Shown here: in pieces, positions 61,670 to 64,000 of the stretch
Position numbering within the stretch: the stretch's first letter is position 1
Layout: the number at the start of each line of letters is the position of its first letter
NCBI GenBank assembly: GCA_963693365.1
Contig: CAVNZM010000006.1
Coordinates: forward strand, 7,543,264 to 7,607,263
Reading direction: 5' to 3'
Length of the DNA stretch: 64,000 nt
Source of the DNA: Amoebidium appalachense
Taxonomy: Eukaryota > Protista > Ichthyosporea
The notes under the pieces: model-generated
Seen by the model: the letters and a program-made list of their open reading frames with translations, nothing else
Database searches by the model: none
What the model was told of the DNA's origin: nothing
Made by a program: the position numbers and the translations under genes

Positions 61670-62752
61670 GTGTTCCTCCTCCGCTTCTTTTGTTTTTATT
61701 TTTATTTTTCAAATTTTTGGGTGGATGGTGGGAGGGCGGGGGGGGGGGGGGGGGGGGGGGGGGAGGGGAGGGGGGCGGGGGCTGTACGTATGACGGGTTG
61801 GTTTTTTTTTTTCTTTGCACAGAGGGAAGGGTAGCGGGGTGGGAGATGTGAATGTTTGTATTGATGGTGTGTGTGTGTGTGTGTGTGTGTGTGGAGGGTT
61901 GTTCATTGTACGGGGGCACCGTGTGCATCGTTTGTGAAAAAGGGAGATAGTACAGGTGATTGCGTGTGTGTGGAGTGGGGTGGACAGCGGGATAGGTTAG
62001 TTTTCTTTTTGTTGTTGTTATTATTATTATTTTTATTATTTTTTGGGGGGTTTGGGGGGGGGGGGGGGGGGGGAGGGGGAATGGGGGGACGGACTGTGTG
62101 TGTGGTGGTGGTGGGGGGGGGGGGGGGGGAGGCGGGGAGAACCGGGAGGGGGCTGCCGATTATTCGTGACTCAAAACACATAGATTAAAAATACCCCCCC
62201 CCCCCCTTCCAGCCCACACATCACCCCCCACCCCTCCACCCCCCTCCGTCTCCTTCCTCCACGTGCAGTAAACACACATGCATGCGGTGTCCCCTCATCC
62301 TTACCCCCTTCCCCCCCCCCCCCGGAAATCACCTCCCCACGTCCATTTCCGTATTTTTCCCATCCTAACGTGCATCAAATCGACAGTGGTGGTGTGAAGG
62401 GCTATTTTGTGTCCTTTCAAAGCCTGGTGGATGATTGGTGCGCTTTCATTGCCGATCGGCTTAAGACCCAACCGGCAGACCTGCCCAGGTACGTGTGTGT
62501 GTGTGTGTGCGCGGGGGGGGGGGGGGGGGGGGGATGTGGGTATGTGGGTTGTGGGTGTGGGTGTGTGTGCGTGGGTGGGTGGATGTGTAGGTGGGTGGGT
62601 CTTGGGTGTGGGTGGGTGGGTGGGTGTGTAAGTGGGTGTGGGTGTGGGTGTGGGTGTGGGTGGGTGGGTGGGTGGGTGGGTGGGTGGGGGGGGCACACAT
62701 CGCATGGCTCTTATAGCTTACTTTCTCTGTCTCTCTTCTCCCCTCCCCCCCT

Positions 62753-62809
<57 letters not shown>

Positions 62810-62848
62810 CCCCTTTCTCCCTCTCATGCTCCCTGTCTCTCCTGCTAT

Positions 62849-62880
<32 letters not shown>

Positions 62881-63481
62881 CCCGGCTCTCCCTTTCTCTC
62901 ACCATCAGCCCATTATTTGCATTGTAGACCACGGGCCCTCTCTTCTTCCCACAACACACGCATGCACACGTGTCCCCCCCCCCCCCCCCCCCCCCCCTCC
63001 CCCCGGCTTATACTCTACTTCCCTGCTTGTTTTCTTTGCTTTTGTATGCTTGCAAGGTTTTATAGACTCTGTTTTCCTAAATTGCTGCTCCTTGAACAAC
63101 CCTGCTCGTCTTTAGCCAAGACGGGTGGACTCGCCTATTGCTGCTGAAACAAAGTATGGGTTGGGAACCAAGAGCAAGAGGTTAAAAGTCGACATCCATG
63201 CTTTTGTGGAGGCATAGGAACCCCCCTGATGATGGGCTCTGTTCAAGTGTCTTCTACCTGCACTCTTAAATTATTTGATTTTGGGTTTCCCACTTTTGTG
63301 ACGCTTTGTTGTTGCTCTTGTTGTCTCCTGCATATTTCCAACCCTCAAACGCATACATCACCCCCCCCCCCCCCCCCCCCACCCCCCTTCACACGCGCGC
63401 GCGCGCACACACACACACGCACGCACGCACACATGCACCGACACAGATAAACATGCATGCATGCGCGCCCGCAGGCACATG

Positions 63482-63525
<44 letters not shown>

Positions 63526-63604
63526 TACATTGTGGCGCACAGTCTGGGTACTTTGATGGCTCTGGGAGTTGTACTGGCCGACCAATCACAGTGGGCCGGC
63601 ATCG
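59684..63604 (+). CDS. Monoglyceride lipase/lysophospholipase-like alpha/beta hydrolase (Hydrolase_4); continues beyond the window
   Basis: Exons 59684-59785, 60478-60538, 61481-61610, 62387-62488, 63525-63604. Sequence NLYHQSWEP..KGVVFVFHGYCEHS..VFAMDSQGHGRSGGVKGYFVSFQSLVDDW..YIVAHSLGTLMAL (AxSxG nucleophile elbow). Confidence 0.9.
63005..63360 (+). mobile_element. Poly-C-associated retroposon copy (CTGATGA subfamily) with structured 3' region
   Basis: Shares CAACCCTGCTCGTC..CAAGACGGGTG, TGAAAC..GTAT, TGTGGA and CCCCCCTGA.GATGGGCTCTG with 11905-12050; poly-C immediately on both sides. Confidence 0.85.
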
Positions 63605-63606
63605 GT

Positions 63607-63647
<41 letters not shown>

Positions 63648-63787
63648 TGTGTGTCTGTGTGTATGTGTGTGTGCTTGTTTGTGTCTGAGTGTGTCTTGGT
63701 GTTCGCGCGCGTGCGTGTGTGTGGGGGAGGAAGGGGGGTTGTGTGTGGGTTTGCAGGTTTGTGTGTTGGCAGCTGTTGTGTGCGTGC

Positions 63788-63849
<62 letters not shown>

Positions 63850-64000
63850 TGTGTGTGCATTCACACTGGTGTGTGTGTGCACGTGGGTTTCTGCATGCCT
63901 GCGCCTGTGCAACCCACTGAGCCCGGACAGCAGAAGCCTCTTCACCTCACCACCTCTCTACATGCACACACACACATGCACACACGTGCACACGTCACAC

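Overview
Intron-rich eukaryotic genomic DNA. The animal-like C-terminus of NDUFS4 suggests a holozoan, possibly a unicellular one (inference). Almost all ORFs in the supplied track are microsatellite or homopolymer artefacts. I built the real genes by hand from GT-AG exon chains with consistent phases: (1) a 5'-incomplete SENP6/7/Ulp2-type SUMO protease with a repetitive C-terminal tail (+); (2) a DDI1-family aspartic protease with two UBL domains (-); (3) a two-domain globin ending in a CaaX motif, with tRNA-Asp in one intron (+); (4) NDUFS4 (-); (5) a 3'-incomplete monoglyceride-lipase-like hydrolase (+). Mobile DNA comprises an intact PIF/Harbinger element with a spliced transposase, a decayed APE-RT LINE, MITEs, and about 11 variably 5'-truncated copies of a retroposon whose shared 3' end abuts poly-C tracts. 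The longest of those copies keeps traces of an RLE-type endonuclease and a covarying structured 3' region. Many introns lack a T-rich pyrimidine tract: (CA)n or poly-C runs up to the AG, often opposite (GT)n/poly-G near the donor. Homopolymer lengths may be affected by assembly error.
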